Assembly (NCBI GenBank): GCA_900088475.1 | Contig: FLMG01001193.1 | Span: 1 to 64,000 of the forward strand | Origin: Hyphochytrium catenoides | Taxonomy: Eukaryota > Protista > Hyphochytriomycota | Length of the DNA: 64,000 nucleotides | Direction: 5' to 3' | Shown here: positions 14,163-26,400 of the stretch, in pieces | Layout of the letters: every line of letters begins with the position of its first letter | Position numbering within the stretch: the first letter of the stretch is position 1 | The notes under the pieces: generated by a model | Database searches by the model: none | What the model was told of the DNA's origin: nothing | The model's input: only the letters and a program-made list of their open reading frames with translations | Translations under genes and position numbers: made by a program

Positions 14163-16595
14163 ATGGGCTCATGGTGGGTCATATTTCTTTTTGCTATTGC
14201 TTCAGTAGCAAGTCTAGCTCATGGGGAAGGATTATTTGATGGAGTGGCTACGGTAAAAGAGATCACCGACGCTAACCTCGAGGAACTCGTTATGAATGAT
14301 AAGGAGCATACCTGGGCTCTGGACTTCTACGCGCCATGGTGAGAACACTAATGTTGCGTCTCCTTTTGGAGACCTGTCTGAGTATCATCGAAACTTGTGA
14401 CGTTAAGCGTCAATACCCATGTGCCCTAACCCTTCCTGAACTTTGCTTGCCTCATGGCTTGGTCCTTTACCTGCCTGTCGGTCTTCCTTGACCATCACAC
14501 ATTGACGCTCCTGGTAGGTGTCCTGCCTGCCAGATGTATGCCTCCACCTGGAAACAAATAGCTGCCCACTACAAGGATGATAATAGGGTTCGGGTAAGTA
14601 CAACGTTAAGCCCACAGAGATGTCTCCGTTCTCACATCTATGTTGACGGCCATATTCATAGATCGGAGCTGTCAACTGTGAAGACTTTCGACGCATGTGT
14701 CAGGACCATGGAGTCAGAGGCTTCCCTACGATAGTGCTTTATAACTTTCCCCCAAAGCCAGAGAATTGGGGCTCACATATTAAAGCCGAAAGAGGTAGGG
14801 AAAGGATCATCGTCTTTTATGTTGTCATCAACCCACTCAGTGAAGATGCAGAGAAGAAGAAGAATAGCGAGGTGTTTATCGCTTTTCTGGAGGATGGATT
14901 GAAGGACGTCAGGGAGGCTGACGGAAGTAAGGGCTTTCCGAGTGTTATTAACGGTACGCAGGACCACGCCTACGTCTACCTTGACTTTACTAGCAATGGG
15001 TCGCCCTGACTAGACCTTCGACAGAGGGAGCGAAGCCAACCCATGCCATTGAGATTACGAAGCTATCAGAACAGGTGATGGGTGGCGACAGTAGGATACT
15101 CGACGCCGGAGTTGCTGTGGCCCATATTCTACAGTTTGATGCGATGATGGGAGTCTCAGAACTAGAGAAGGAGAGGCTTACAGCGCTGAAGGAGGTGATA
15201 AAGATGATCGGGTAAGAAAGAATGCCCTACTTTTAGTTGCTTCAGTGCCAAACGCTCAACGCTCACTTGATGTCAACAGCGCCCTGTTTCCGCTCGAGGC
15301 TAACCGTCTAGCGCTTCGGAAGCTCTACAAGCGCATGAGCGATCGCGAACTCTGGTCATCGGAAGACTGGCTTGAGATGGTAGATAGCTGGGGCCGAGAG
15401 GTGTCACAGACGACACAACCTGCAGAACTGTTCTCGCGAGGCACTGGCCCTTATGCCGCGTGTCGATCCTTCACTTGCGCACTCTGGAGTCTCTTCCACT
15501 TCACCTCTACAGAACTATATGAACGAGAGAAACTATTAGCGAGGGCAAAGAGGTACGTGTGACAGATTGGTGCTTGTTACTATACTGCAGACCCTCTGAC
15601 CAAATTCAGCGTCCGACCGGAGCACCTGAAGGAAATAACTCCGCTAGCCTTTGGCAGAGCTGTACGCTTAGCCGTGGACCACTTCTTCGGATGCATGCAA
15701 TGCAGAGAGCACTTTCTTACGGCCAATCCCGTGTCAAAAATAGATAGTCTATGGTAGGTACACCCATCTCCCTCAACAGATGCTCTTCAGAAGGCTATGA
15801 TGAATAGACATAGGTCCAAAAGCAGAGGCAGTTTGAGCGATATGCAAGTAGAAGAGAGAAGAGCGGTATAGCGAGAAGTGACTTACGAGGAGGAGCGACA
15901 GAGTGGCTTGAAGAAAGAGCACGAGAAACGAAGAGAGACAGCCAAAGAGAGTCTGAGGGCGCCAGAAAGCAAAGAGGATAGCAAGAATGGGCTGCTAATT
16001 GCTGCACGCTGGTGATCCTGTTCGTGCAAGCGAATCCTCACGTCATCCTTACCATAGGGATCCGTCCGACCGAGTTCAGAGTGCTGAGAAGTATGCGCTG
16101 TGGCTCTGGGAGATGCACAACACCGTAAACAAGAGAACAGACAAGGAAGAATGGCCACCTATGATGGACTGCAGCGAGTGCAGAGAACACTCTGGCGAGA
16201 ATGCAGGTTAGACATTTTATAAACCATGGTTTTCTTCCCTTGCTAATGAGCTTTCTCCACCAGTGGTGTGGAGAAAGAAAGATATACTAAAGTTCATGAA
16301 AGGCCAGTATTCCCTGGCAAAATCTTGGACGGCCTTAGCAGGAGATCTGAAGATCGGACTTCTGCAGGATGGCACAGAAGAGCCGATAGATGATCCTGGT
16401 ATCCCAGCTGTTAGGCAGGAGTTAAACGCCGACGCGTCACCGTCAAAGAAGCCACTGGAGAAGCTTGACTTGTCTGGGCTTCCTCCCTCTTGGATTCCTC
16501 TGGCCCTTCTGCTATCAGCCGTCCTCTTCTCGGCCCTGCAGCTTACCCCACTAGGCAGATTGCTTACGGCTAAAGCTATTAGAGCATCGTATTAG
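14163..16595 (+). CDS. QSOX-like sulfhydryl oxidase, copy 2
   Basis: Signal peptide MGSWWVIFLFAIASVASLAHG. DFYAPW|CPAC spans an intron. IGAVNC, GVRGFPT, CRSFTCALWSLFH, FFGCMQCREHF, LWLWEMHNTVN, WPPMMDCSEC, C-terminal TM. Confidence 0.9.
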
Positions 16596-16654
16596 GACTA
16601 AGCTATTTATGAAGACGGAATGCATCCGCCATATCCATCAGGAAGCGGCTGGCT

Positions 16655-18469
16655 TCAGCTAATGGACCCAAGAAGCTGATAGAGTAGAACAGCGGTCGCA
16701 ACATTAACGTTGAGTGAGTCCACCTCATCAGAGCCAATCACCTTGTCTGGTAGACGTTTGCCTACAAAATGATATTTTAGTATAGTACTGCGTCGGAAGG
16801 TCCATGCAAAAGCTAACCAGAGATGGTGACCAAGGTGCTACAGACAGATTTTATATTGGCCCTGAGTCCCCGGCTCTCATTGCCCTGTGAATGATAGGAG
16901 CTTAGCTATCATCGGTCCTGCTTAGTACTGCATCTGTGGTGAATGTCAATGGCTCTTACCACCACGATAATAGTCGGTCTGGTAACTTTAAAGTCACGGC
17001 ATTCAATTGTCCCAGGCCCCAAGCAGCTTCCAACAACATCCCAACCCCGATCAGTCGCTTCAGCTAGAATGTGGTGCATTTTCTCCGCTCGCCATAGCCG
17101 GCCCTACACCACAAACAGCCATGGCAGGCAATGTTCGTAAAGACTCATATCTCATGGACTGAGAGGTGCAAAAGGAGTGGGGGCGTTTAGCTAAACGCGT
17201 CTCTTGAGTCTTTAGCTCACCTCTGCTGCCAAGACTTCTAATGCACCAGCAGAACTACGGCTGACTGTTGGGGTCAGTGGGGCAGAGTTGCGCAAACTGA
17301 TAAGGACCCCTTCGGCATCCTAAGAATATAGAGCGGCATCCACACTGGAGTCAGCGATTGAAAGCACGAGTGAACGCACTCCGCACAGTACCGACCAAGA
17401 AGGCGCAGGTTCTGAGAATTCCTCCCAGGTTCTGAGGGTTGTCGTCAGTTATTGTACATTTAGCTCATGGATTGTCTTTCAATTCACACACCTGCGGATC
17501 CTGAACCTCATCTACCGCGACATATATAGCAGGCTTACTGTTCTCCGTCGCTGAGAGTAAAAATTCTATCAAGCCCACGAAGACGAATTTACTTTTCGTA
17601 CTCGCTAAGGCTGCCTTACCTCTCGTAGAGCGCAGGTCTTCTGGGCTCCGAAGAGATAGTAACGCAAGCGGACTCACGTCTAAAATAACACCCTAAGGCA
17701 AGAGAGATCAAGTTTGGAGAGTCAGTACGTAAAGACAGCACAGCGACCAGGCACGACCGCTATATAGTACCTGATGCGGCCGATTGTCTGTCAGTGCGTT
17801 CATTGCAGCCTTACTTTATAAGAGGTAACTAACAATTAGGAACCCTAGAGGGCGAGGAAAAGCGATTCAGCAAACCTGCAATAAGTGATCTCCAGGCCCG
17901 CCTGTCCAGCTAGTTCAAGGAGTTTGCCCTGCGTCTCCTCCACGCTCTTCTGTTCTTTCTTGTTAAGAGATTTGGCCCTTTCTCCTTGCTAACACATTTC
18001 AGGGTCAAGCGTTAACACATAGCAACGTGTCAGAAGTACAGGTACCTAACACCTAGAATCTCTCTACCTTCTGAAGCAGGATTCTGTGCAATCCGCGGTG
18101 CCGGAGCTTCAGGGCCAAGATAGTGCTGTGCAATCCATAGAGCAGCTCTCCCTAAATTGAGGACAAAGGCAGCGCTTCGTTTTTCAGCAAAATGTAAGAG
18201 TAGACGTGCCCTCGAAGGCTTACCTCTGTCGTGGCCTTCAAATGTCTAACTTCGTCGTGCAGAGTGAGGAGTTTATCATTGGGAATGAAGGAGGAGGGTC
18301 TGCTCGGTCTACGTTGCGAGCTGTGGGATAGTCTAGAATGTATGAGAAGAGAGTAAGGGCGAGTATAAGGAGCAGGAACACACAAGGCCCTGGGTATCAT
18401 CATTGGGCCTCCACCTGTAAACCCGTGAACTATCTATGTATTAATCGCCTTACCGCTTGGCATAGCCAT
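16655..18469 (-). CDS. SpoU/TrmH-family RNA 2'-O-methyltransferase (MRM1/RlmB-like), multi-exon
   Basis: Spliced motifs DEVQDPQNLGGILRTCAFLG, GNESRGLR, DSLNVNVATAVLLY. 5' end uncertain. Confidence 0.85.
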
Positions 18470-19131
18470 TGCAGACCCCGTTCAGGCAAGCTCTCCTATG
18501 AGAGCTTAGTATAGCACATCTCAGGGCCATCCTCTTGTGACTTTCGGACAGCACCGTCAACTGATGGGATCGTCCCGGGGCAATGGGTCAACGGAGCCGG
18601 CCTTTGAGACCGGGGCTCTAGGCTGATGAAAGGCTTATGACGATAGGATCCACAAACATGCTCCTCTTGAATGCAAGCTCTTCTGACTGGGCCTTTGCCA
18701 TTCGATGAGCCCGCATGCCTGGCTGATGTGTGTGTGCCATGATGATGGATGAAGACGGCGGCTGGACTGGCGGCAGCGCCACTGTCCCTGGCAGATTTGT
18801 GCGATGTAGGACGTGAGTCTGTGTGTTCGATTACATAGTTGTACTGCAAGCGTGGCAGATGGGTTTGGGCTCCTATGACCAACAGAAACGACCAGAGACA
18901 TCATCAGAACCAAATGTCCCGATGTCTATTGCCGCGAGCTGACTCCTTCAGTGCCCAGGCTGCGCTGCTTGACTGTTGTCGCTTCTTGCAGACTCAGAAA
19001 CGTCTCTGCTGCCTCCTGACAACGATCAATTTGCCTTGCCTTTTCATAGGCAGAGGTTGTCGTTGTTAGTCTTGCACTTGGAAAGGGGATTATCTGGCGG
19101 AGAGCCCGCGATAGGTCTGGTCGGTAGAGCG

Positions 19132-20380
19132 ATGGAAGATGAAGTCTTCTTTGACCCAGATCTCTTCGTCAACAAGAAGTGAGTCGGTCTTCCACATCTC
19201 TGTACGACGTCGTGATTAATTATGGATGTTTCTTTGGATGTAGTTATTGCAAGAGGAGGTTTGACTTCTGTGACGGCATCTGCCAGGAAGTTGACTGCTC
19301 CGTCGCAGCTTCGGTGAGAGCCTTGAACTTGTCCGCATGGGAAAAAATAGAGCTCTGAAGCAGTAATCTTCATCTAGACTGATCATGACCTTACCGGCCA
19401 AGTAGTATGGCCAGTCTCTATCTTCCTTAGCTGGTGAGAGCTTGACCCCCTAAATTGGCGCTGATTGAACTCGGGATGTTGTTAGTCGTCTTTCTCTTAA
19501 GTTCCGCATTGCCTCCATTGGGCTAAGTACTAACATCCTTAGAGGTTTATTGCGTCCAATAGGGACCAGTTCCAAGGAAAGACAGTTCTGGAAGTTGGAG
19601 CCGGATGCGGGTTGAGCGGATTCGTTGCTAGCCACTTCTGTCGGAGAGTATACATCACAGATGGGAATGATATAGTTCTCGATCTTCTCAGACAAACGTT
19701 TGACCAACACGTGCCCACCGGAAGGAAAGAGACGGTATGAGACCTCTCTTAGAATCCTAAAGACTGAGACTGAGAAGCACTGCGAATCCTAGATCATGAT
19801 TGAAAAGCTTGTCTGGGGTGACGCAGAGACCGTCGGACAACTGGAGAACAAGGCGATTAAAGATGGCGGCTTTGACGTCGTTATTGGCGCAGATGTTTTC
19901 TGTTGGCCGAACCTAGTTGCACCTTTGGTCTCAACTGTCAAGGTGAGAATGAGATTCCTGTCCCCCTTTAGTGTAGGTTATGGGCTACGTGCTTCCCTTT
20001 ACTAGATTGATTGCTCAGGGTATTCGTCAATAGTATTTCTTGCAGCAATCTGCAGCAAGGGACCCTGTCTTCTATTGCGGCTTTGTTTGCAGGGCGCTCT
20101 CGACAGAGGTAAGTTAAAGGTTTTAATGTAGCACAGGAGTATAGGCGATAATTTGCTCTGATGGCATTCACAGAAGCTCCTGCTGGACGAAGCGAGGAAG
20201 GCGGGCCTCACGGTGACTCTTATAGACTCTACCACATTCCTACCTAGTCCCCCTCCCTCAAATGTTGAGTCAAGACGGGAGCTTAAGCTTCTTGTCCTTC
20301 GGCCCGACTCGCTCTCACCCTACTGGAAAGAACAAGTTGCCTTAAGCCAGTTAGCGGATTATCAGGCATCCGCCTGTTAA
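19132..20380 (+). CDS. class I SAM-dependent protein-lysine methyltransferase, family 16 (METTL21/22/23-like)
   Basis: DLTGQVVWP, VLEVGAGCGLSG, YITDG, LVWG, FDVVIGADV. Last exon ends QASAC* at 20380. Confidence 0.88.
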
Positions 20381-20494
20381 GGAGGACAGGAAGAACCATA
20401 TGGAGCCCTACTCCCATATTTATTTACCATACGCAAGCCCTATCCTACAAACTGAATGGTGATGTCCTCTGACGCGTTAGTTGTTGAAATGCAG

Positions 20495-23400
20495 CTATTG
20501 CTGGTTGCATTCGCCAGGTTTGTCTTCATCCCCGTCGAGGTCAATGAGTGGACGAGTCTGGGGGTTACGGCGGGGTGGCTTTCCTACATAGTTGGCCTTC
20601 TCTTGTGCCGAAACCTCATTCAATGGCAGCGTCTGTAGGCAGAGGCATTAGATTAGTTAGGGTTCAGACCCCAGATAAAGAACGTACATTGTTGACGTTC
20701 TCCTTCTCCTGCACAACATCCCCGCCCGCAGGATGTCTTGGTGGTAGAGGTGCCGAAGATGGAATCTTCGCCTCAACTGAAATGGGGTAGCTGACCGCTC
20801 CTGGATTAGGTGTGCTAGAGACTGCTCGGGCACTCTTCAATTCGGCCAGCTCGGACTGATTCATGTAGAGCGACAGATGAAAATGGATTAGAAAGGGTTA
20901 TCAACTCTTTGCTCCTACTTATTTTTTACCTCCAGCTTAGCAATTTTCGTGGCATATTGACGGCGGAGAATGTCAGCATTCTCGACAGACGCAGCTGAAG
21001 GTTGTTCTTTGGCAGTAAGTAAAGCCTTCTCTAGCTTGCGATTATCAACGTGCAGCTGAAGATTCTCGCTCTCAAGATATGAGATCCGCTTCCGCAATTC
21101 TTCAGCCTTATGGGACGATAGATCAGCACTGCTTGCCAGCTCAGACTGCACTTTACCCAACTCCGAGTCAAGTAGCTGGATCTGTTGGTGAAGACTCAGA
21201 CTAGACCATCTCATAAGAATGAATACTCTATAATGACCTGTTTCTCCTGTGCTTCACGCTGCTTCTGTAGATCTTCAACTAGATCCTGTAAACCACTGGC
21301 CGCAGCCACTCTGCTCTCCATTGCGTCAAGCTCAGCCATGAGAACAGCATTCTTTTCGTTTGACGTCTTCAAAATTCGTTGTAGTCGGTCCACTTCTTGA
21401 CTTAAGTTATCTATCTCATCTTGAGGACCCGCGTTGGTACTAAGCACCTCAAGCTCCTTCTTGATGCGCTTCCTGTCATACTGTAACCATAGAAGTTACT
21501 ATTTTCACGTTTGTCAACCAGAAGCTTTCAATGCCACCTGAAGCGACTGGACCGATCGAACTAACGAAGCCACCAATTCTGAAACGGCGGGTCTGGAGCC
21601 ATCTTGGATCTGGAGGACTTTGGATGCCAAAGCTAGGGCACTGTCGTGCTCCTCTTCGCTCTTCCTCAGAGCCTAAAGTTTCATATATCATCACTACGTC
21701 AATCTAAACGACGTTTGAAGTACACTTACCTCTGCGACAAGCCTGGCGTTATCAGGATCGACCGCGGGTGGTACGGATCCAGAACGCTTAGTCAAGTCTT
21801 TTAGCTGTTGCTTCAGCTTCACGTTTTCCTCCTGATACTGCTTCCTCTCTTTCTTCATTTGCATGAGCTGCTGGACCTGCTCCTCTGTCAGCCGCACCTT
21901 TTCCAGCTTTTTCACTCGCTCTCTACTTTCTTCAAGGAGGTCAGCCGTTCTCTTGATTTCAAGCTCAAGCTTTTCATGCTTATCCTTCAAAGCCTGCACA
22001 GTCGTATCTGAGTGATCCTGTTTAGGGAAAGGCTAGTTAACTGTCACTGATTCCACCTGAATCTTTGCGATGTTCTCCTTTTCTGAAGTTTCAAAAGCAG
22101 ACTTTGTCTGATGTAGGGCGGCCTTTGTGTCTGCGAGTTGTTGCTCTATTTGCTTCGTTGCAGTCACTCGGCGTCTAACTTCGCTCTCAGCGGCAGCATT
22201 TGCCTCATTAAGCTCGGCGATCTCTTGTCTGAATCTAAAGGTGGCACTATCCAGCTCAGCCTCCTTCTCCGAAATTGCAGCTGTTAATGAATGAATCTGC
22301 TGGCGCAAGCTCGTGACTGATGTTTGAAGGTCCTCGGTTTGCTTCTGGCGCTACAATGACAAGCAACACGTCAGATACCCTAAACACCCAATAGTAAGAA
22401 AAGTCAAGCACCCTACATTCGCAATCCCTTGTACAGCTTCAGCCCTCTCCTTTTCAAGGAGGAGCCTTTGCCGTTCTAGCTCTGCCTGCTGATCCTGTGC
22501 CGTTGACAACAGAAGAACGAAGTAACCACAGACGATCGGTCACAAATTTCTACGACAAAACTCACAATTAACTCAGCAACATCAGCCTCCAGCTTTTTCT
22601 TCTCCTCTTGCACGAGCTGTGAGTCCGCAAGGGCTGCCCTAAGGTTTGCTTCAAGCTCAGCGCACTGTCCCTGCCCGTTAGGAGTGTATCACATTTCCAC
22701 GTCAAACGCAAAATTAGACTACCTTTGTCTTATACATTTCCATGGTAGAAGCGTCTTCTGGCAGCGAAGCTCGCTCTTGCCGGACAACATCTAATTCCTC
22801 GGTCACATTTGCTAGATGCTCTTGAAGGGTGATGTGCTCTTTTGACATCATCTCTAAGAGATCCTCCTTTGCGGAAAGCTCTTGTTGCAACTGTTCCAAC
22901 CTCAACTTTTCTTCCTCGCTTATCCTGACCTTTGCGCGAAGAACTTCGATCTCTTCACGGGCAGCCGTGAGTTCTGCTTCTGCTCTTGTAAGAGCTTCTC
23001 TTACTTCGATCAGCTCCTTATTCTGGTCTGCAGAGTGGAGGGCGAGATTCAACTGCTCATTTTCGGCCAGGAGTCTTTGCTGTTCCTCAAGCATAGCCGT
23101 GAGTGCAGCTAACTCTTCGTCTTTTGACTGTAGACATTGAACGTTGTTACACTTTTGAAGAACAATGGGTGGGTTCAAAGGAACTTTACCTTCGCAACAT
23201 GAGACGCAAAGTGCTCCTTCTCTTTTTCAACTTCCAAATCTTCGAGGTATTGTTGTGCAAGCCTTTCTGCTTCTCTTATCTTCGAGTCTGATTCTGTAGC
23301 AGGTAAATTTGGACTTAGAGAATCACTTTGCAACTTGGCACTCAACAGACCTACCTTCCAATCTCTCCTGCAGTCTTTCGATATTGTCGTTGGCATCATC

Positions 23401-26400
23401 TAGCATGGTGTTAATGCGCATGATCTCCTGAGTCTTGAATTCTAAAGAATTCTCTAGCTCTTGAATCCGTTCTTCCAGATTTGGCATCTTCTCCTTTTCA
23501 TTCAACTGTTTCTGGAGTTGGTCCTTAGCTGCAGACAGCTCCTGTAACTGCAGTCCATAAGCCTGCCCCTGCTTTTGCAACTCTTCATTCATATTTTCAA
23601 CAGTCTGCTGGCTGCGGGCCAGGCGAGTTTGAACGGCTCTAAGCTCAGAATGTGCTTGCGCCAGAAGGCTTTCCTTCTCCACAACGGCATCCTTCAGCTA
23701 CGAAAAGTATTAGCCCAACAATAATTTGCCATTGATTGTGTAGGAGCACCTTCTCAAGCTCTTCTCCGGAACCCTGTTCACCCTGTGCTCGGTCTTTGAG
23801 GGCCTAGGAAAGACAAATTTCCATTATAACCGCAAAAACTAATAAGGAGATTATTTATCTCGATACCTGCGCGTCGTCCAGCTCCTTGCGGAGCGCTGAA
23901 CACTCATCATGGAGCTGCTGGTACATATTCTTGTACTCGACCAGTTCCTCTCGAGCTGCTTCAAGCTTCTTTTCTAAGGCCTTGATAGAAGCTCTGTACT
24001 GGTCTAATGCTTCAGTTCGATTGGCATGGTCCTGCTGCGCTGTCTCCAGCTTTCATAGTGGACATTAGTCATGCTAGTGCAGCTGTGGAATGCGGGGCTT
24101 ACCTGGGTTAGCTTCTGGGTTAGTTCGGTGTGTCTCTCTGTGAGAGTTAATAACTCTCGACGGGCTTCGTCTTTGGAATACTCTAGCTGTTCCAGAATCC
24201 CTTGTAGTCTTTCCTTCTCCAGTCTCTCCCGGTCAGCTCGCTCCTATGAGATAGATCAATAACTTCAACTTTCTTTTTTGCGGTTGGTCTTTACCTGGAG
24301 CGCTGCTAAATCTCTCTTCACCTTCTCAAGCTCACTGGTGAGCTTTATTGTGTTCGTCTCTAGGTCCCCTACGAGTTCTAAACACAAAAGCGCAATCAGC
24401 AGAAAGTTATTGCCAACCACTCATGTGGACGATCGCTTACTTTTGTTCTCCTTTTCCAATACTTGTACCTTGGATACCGACTTGTCAGCAGTGGACTGAA
24501 GTAAGTCGAACCGCGTCTGCAGCTGCTGATATCGTTTCTTTAGGGCCTCATCTCCTTGACAACTGAGCGAGGCCTCTGTGGCCTGAGGACTAAAGAGTTT
24601 AGCTAAACGAAACCCCTGTCGTATCGAAGGCAGCCGACCTGACGGTTAACTTCGGCTTCAGCATGGCGCAGTCTGCTTAAAATCTCCTCTCTCTCTGATG
24701 TCAACACCTCAATTTCCTGGGTCTTTAGATACACCTGATTTGTGTGGTGTTCAACCTGGCGACAGGTTAGCCTTATACTTCAATCATTAGTAAATGCCAT
24801 CAAGGGGCGACGTGCCTCGGTGTGCATTGTAACTCGAAATGCATCCAACTTCTCATTCGCCTCTGCGGCCCTTGACTCTGCGCTTTGCAGGGCGAGCTTT
24901 ACTTCCCTTAACTCCTCAAGGAGACTATTGGACTTCTTCTGGGCTTCAAGCAACGCGTTGTCATCATTCAGTTTCTCATGATCAGCCCTGGAGTAGAAAG
25001 TGAGTCGACAAGATTTACATCCTGTCGATTGAATATACCTGTCTTTTGACTCTAATACTTCTTCCAGCTTCTTGATCAACCCGTCTCTCTCCGCTGTAAG
25101 CAACCCAATACTCTGCCGTGCTTCAGCGGCCTCAGATTGTGCCTTCTCTTTCTCCATTTGAAGGGCTAGAAGCTGTTGGACAAAAGACTTGTCTCCAAAC
25201 TTGAAACCCTGTTCGATGAGGGCCTAGCAAGAGAAAGGTTGTATGAGACTCAGCCCATTGTCGAAGATTGGTACGATAAAGTACCTCCTTGACAGCGGCA
25301 AGGTCATCTTCTTTAGGAACCTTCAGGGCGTGAACCTCAGACCGTGCATTCTCCAGCTCAGAACGAAGTAACTCCAGCTCCTACGAGGCATTGATTAGAT
25401 AAGTTGTACTTCTCGCCTTCTTGAGACATGAAAGGCGCACAGTACCATGGCTAGTTCACCGTTAGTTTGTTCTGAGTTGGTTAGCTCCATAACCTTCTCT
25501 TGTAAAGCCTTATTATTCGTTGACAAATTGGCAACCTTTTCTTCCAAAGCTGCTAGTTCCTCACTCTTGACTAAAAGTTCATCTGTAACCTCGAGCATTT
25601 CAGCTGACAGCTGAAGGAATATGACAGCTAAGGTTAGAGCGGCAAAACTATTGGACTCGACCACGCACAGACAACAACCCTACCGAGTCATATTTGGATT
25701 GATCTTCCTCATGGGATGCTTGAAGATGCTGTATCTCATTCTGCAACTCTTTGATTTGACGGTCCAGGCCATCATTGCGTGTTAGGCTTGAGGCTAGCTC
25801 TTCTTTCGCTGCGAATAGTTGAATGGTCAGCTGTTCCATCTCGGCCTTAACGCAGGTCCCACTCTGTTGATCGGACTCCAAGGTCTTTACTTTCTCCTCC
25901 AAGGTTTGCAAAAGCGCATCCCGCTCTTGTAGTAGTTGTTGACTCTCCCTAAGATCAGCTGCTTGTACGTTAAGCTTTTCGTTCAGGTTCTCAATGGTGG
26001 CATTCGTCTCTGTAAGAGTCTTGGCGAGCCTCCGCACCTCGTCGTTGGCGCCGTCTCCTATCTTGCGGAGCTCTTCTGATTTCTTCTCCTCCAAGAGAAG
26101 CTTCTCCTTGAGGGTAGTCAGCTCAGCATTTGCTTCATCCATGCCAGCTGCAAGACTTTCCTTTTGTTGTCTGAGAGCTTCCAGGGCGTCTTTCACCGAG
26201 GCAGCGTTAGGGGCCTCAATCTCAAGCACTCCTGTAATACCCTCCAACTTAGCCTTCTCAGCTGTCAAGATATCCAGGCTTTTCTTCATATCCTCGATGA
26301 CGTTTTCCTTCTCGCTGATTACGTCTTCTAGACCTGTTTTGTCTTCCTGAACTCTTTGCATCTGCTCCCTTAAAGATGAAAGCTCCAAGTCCCGCTCATT

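Noticed and set aside
15753-16058. Apparent charged insertion in the QSOX2 ERV domain
   Set aside because: Splicing TG|gt...ag|G restores the frame (LWDPSDRVQ), so the segment is most simply a ~300-nt intron.
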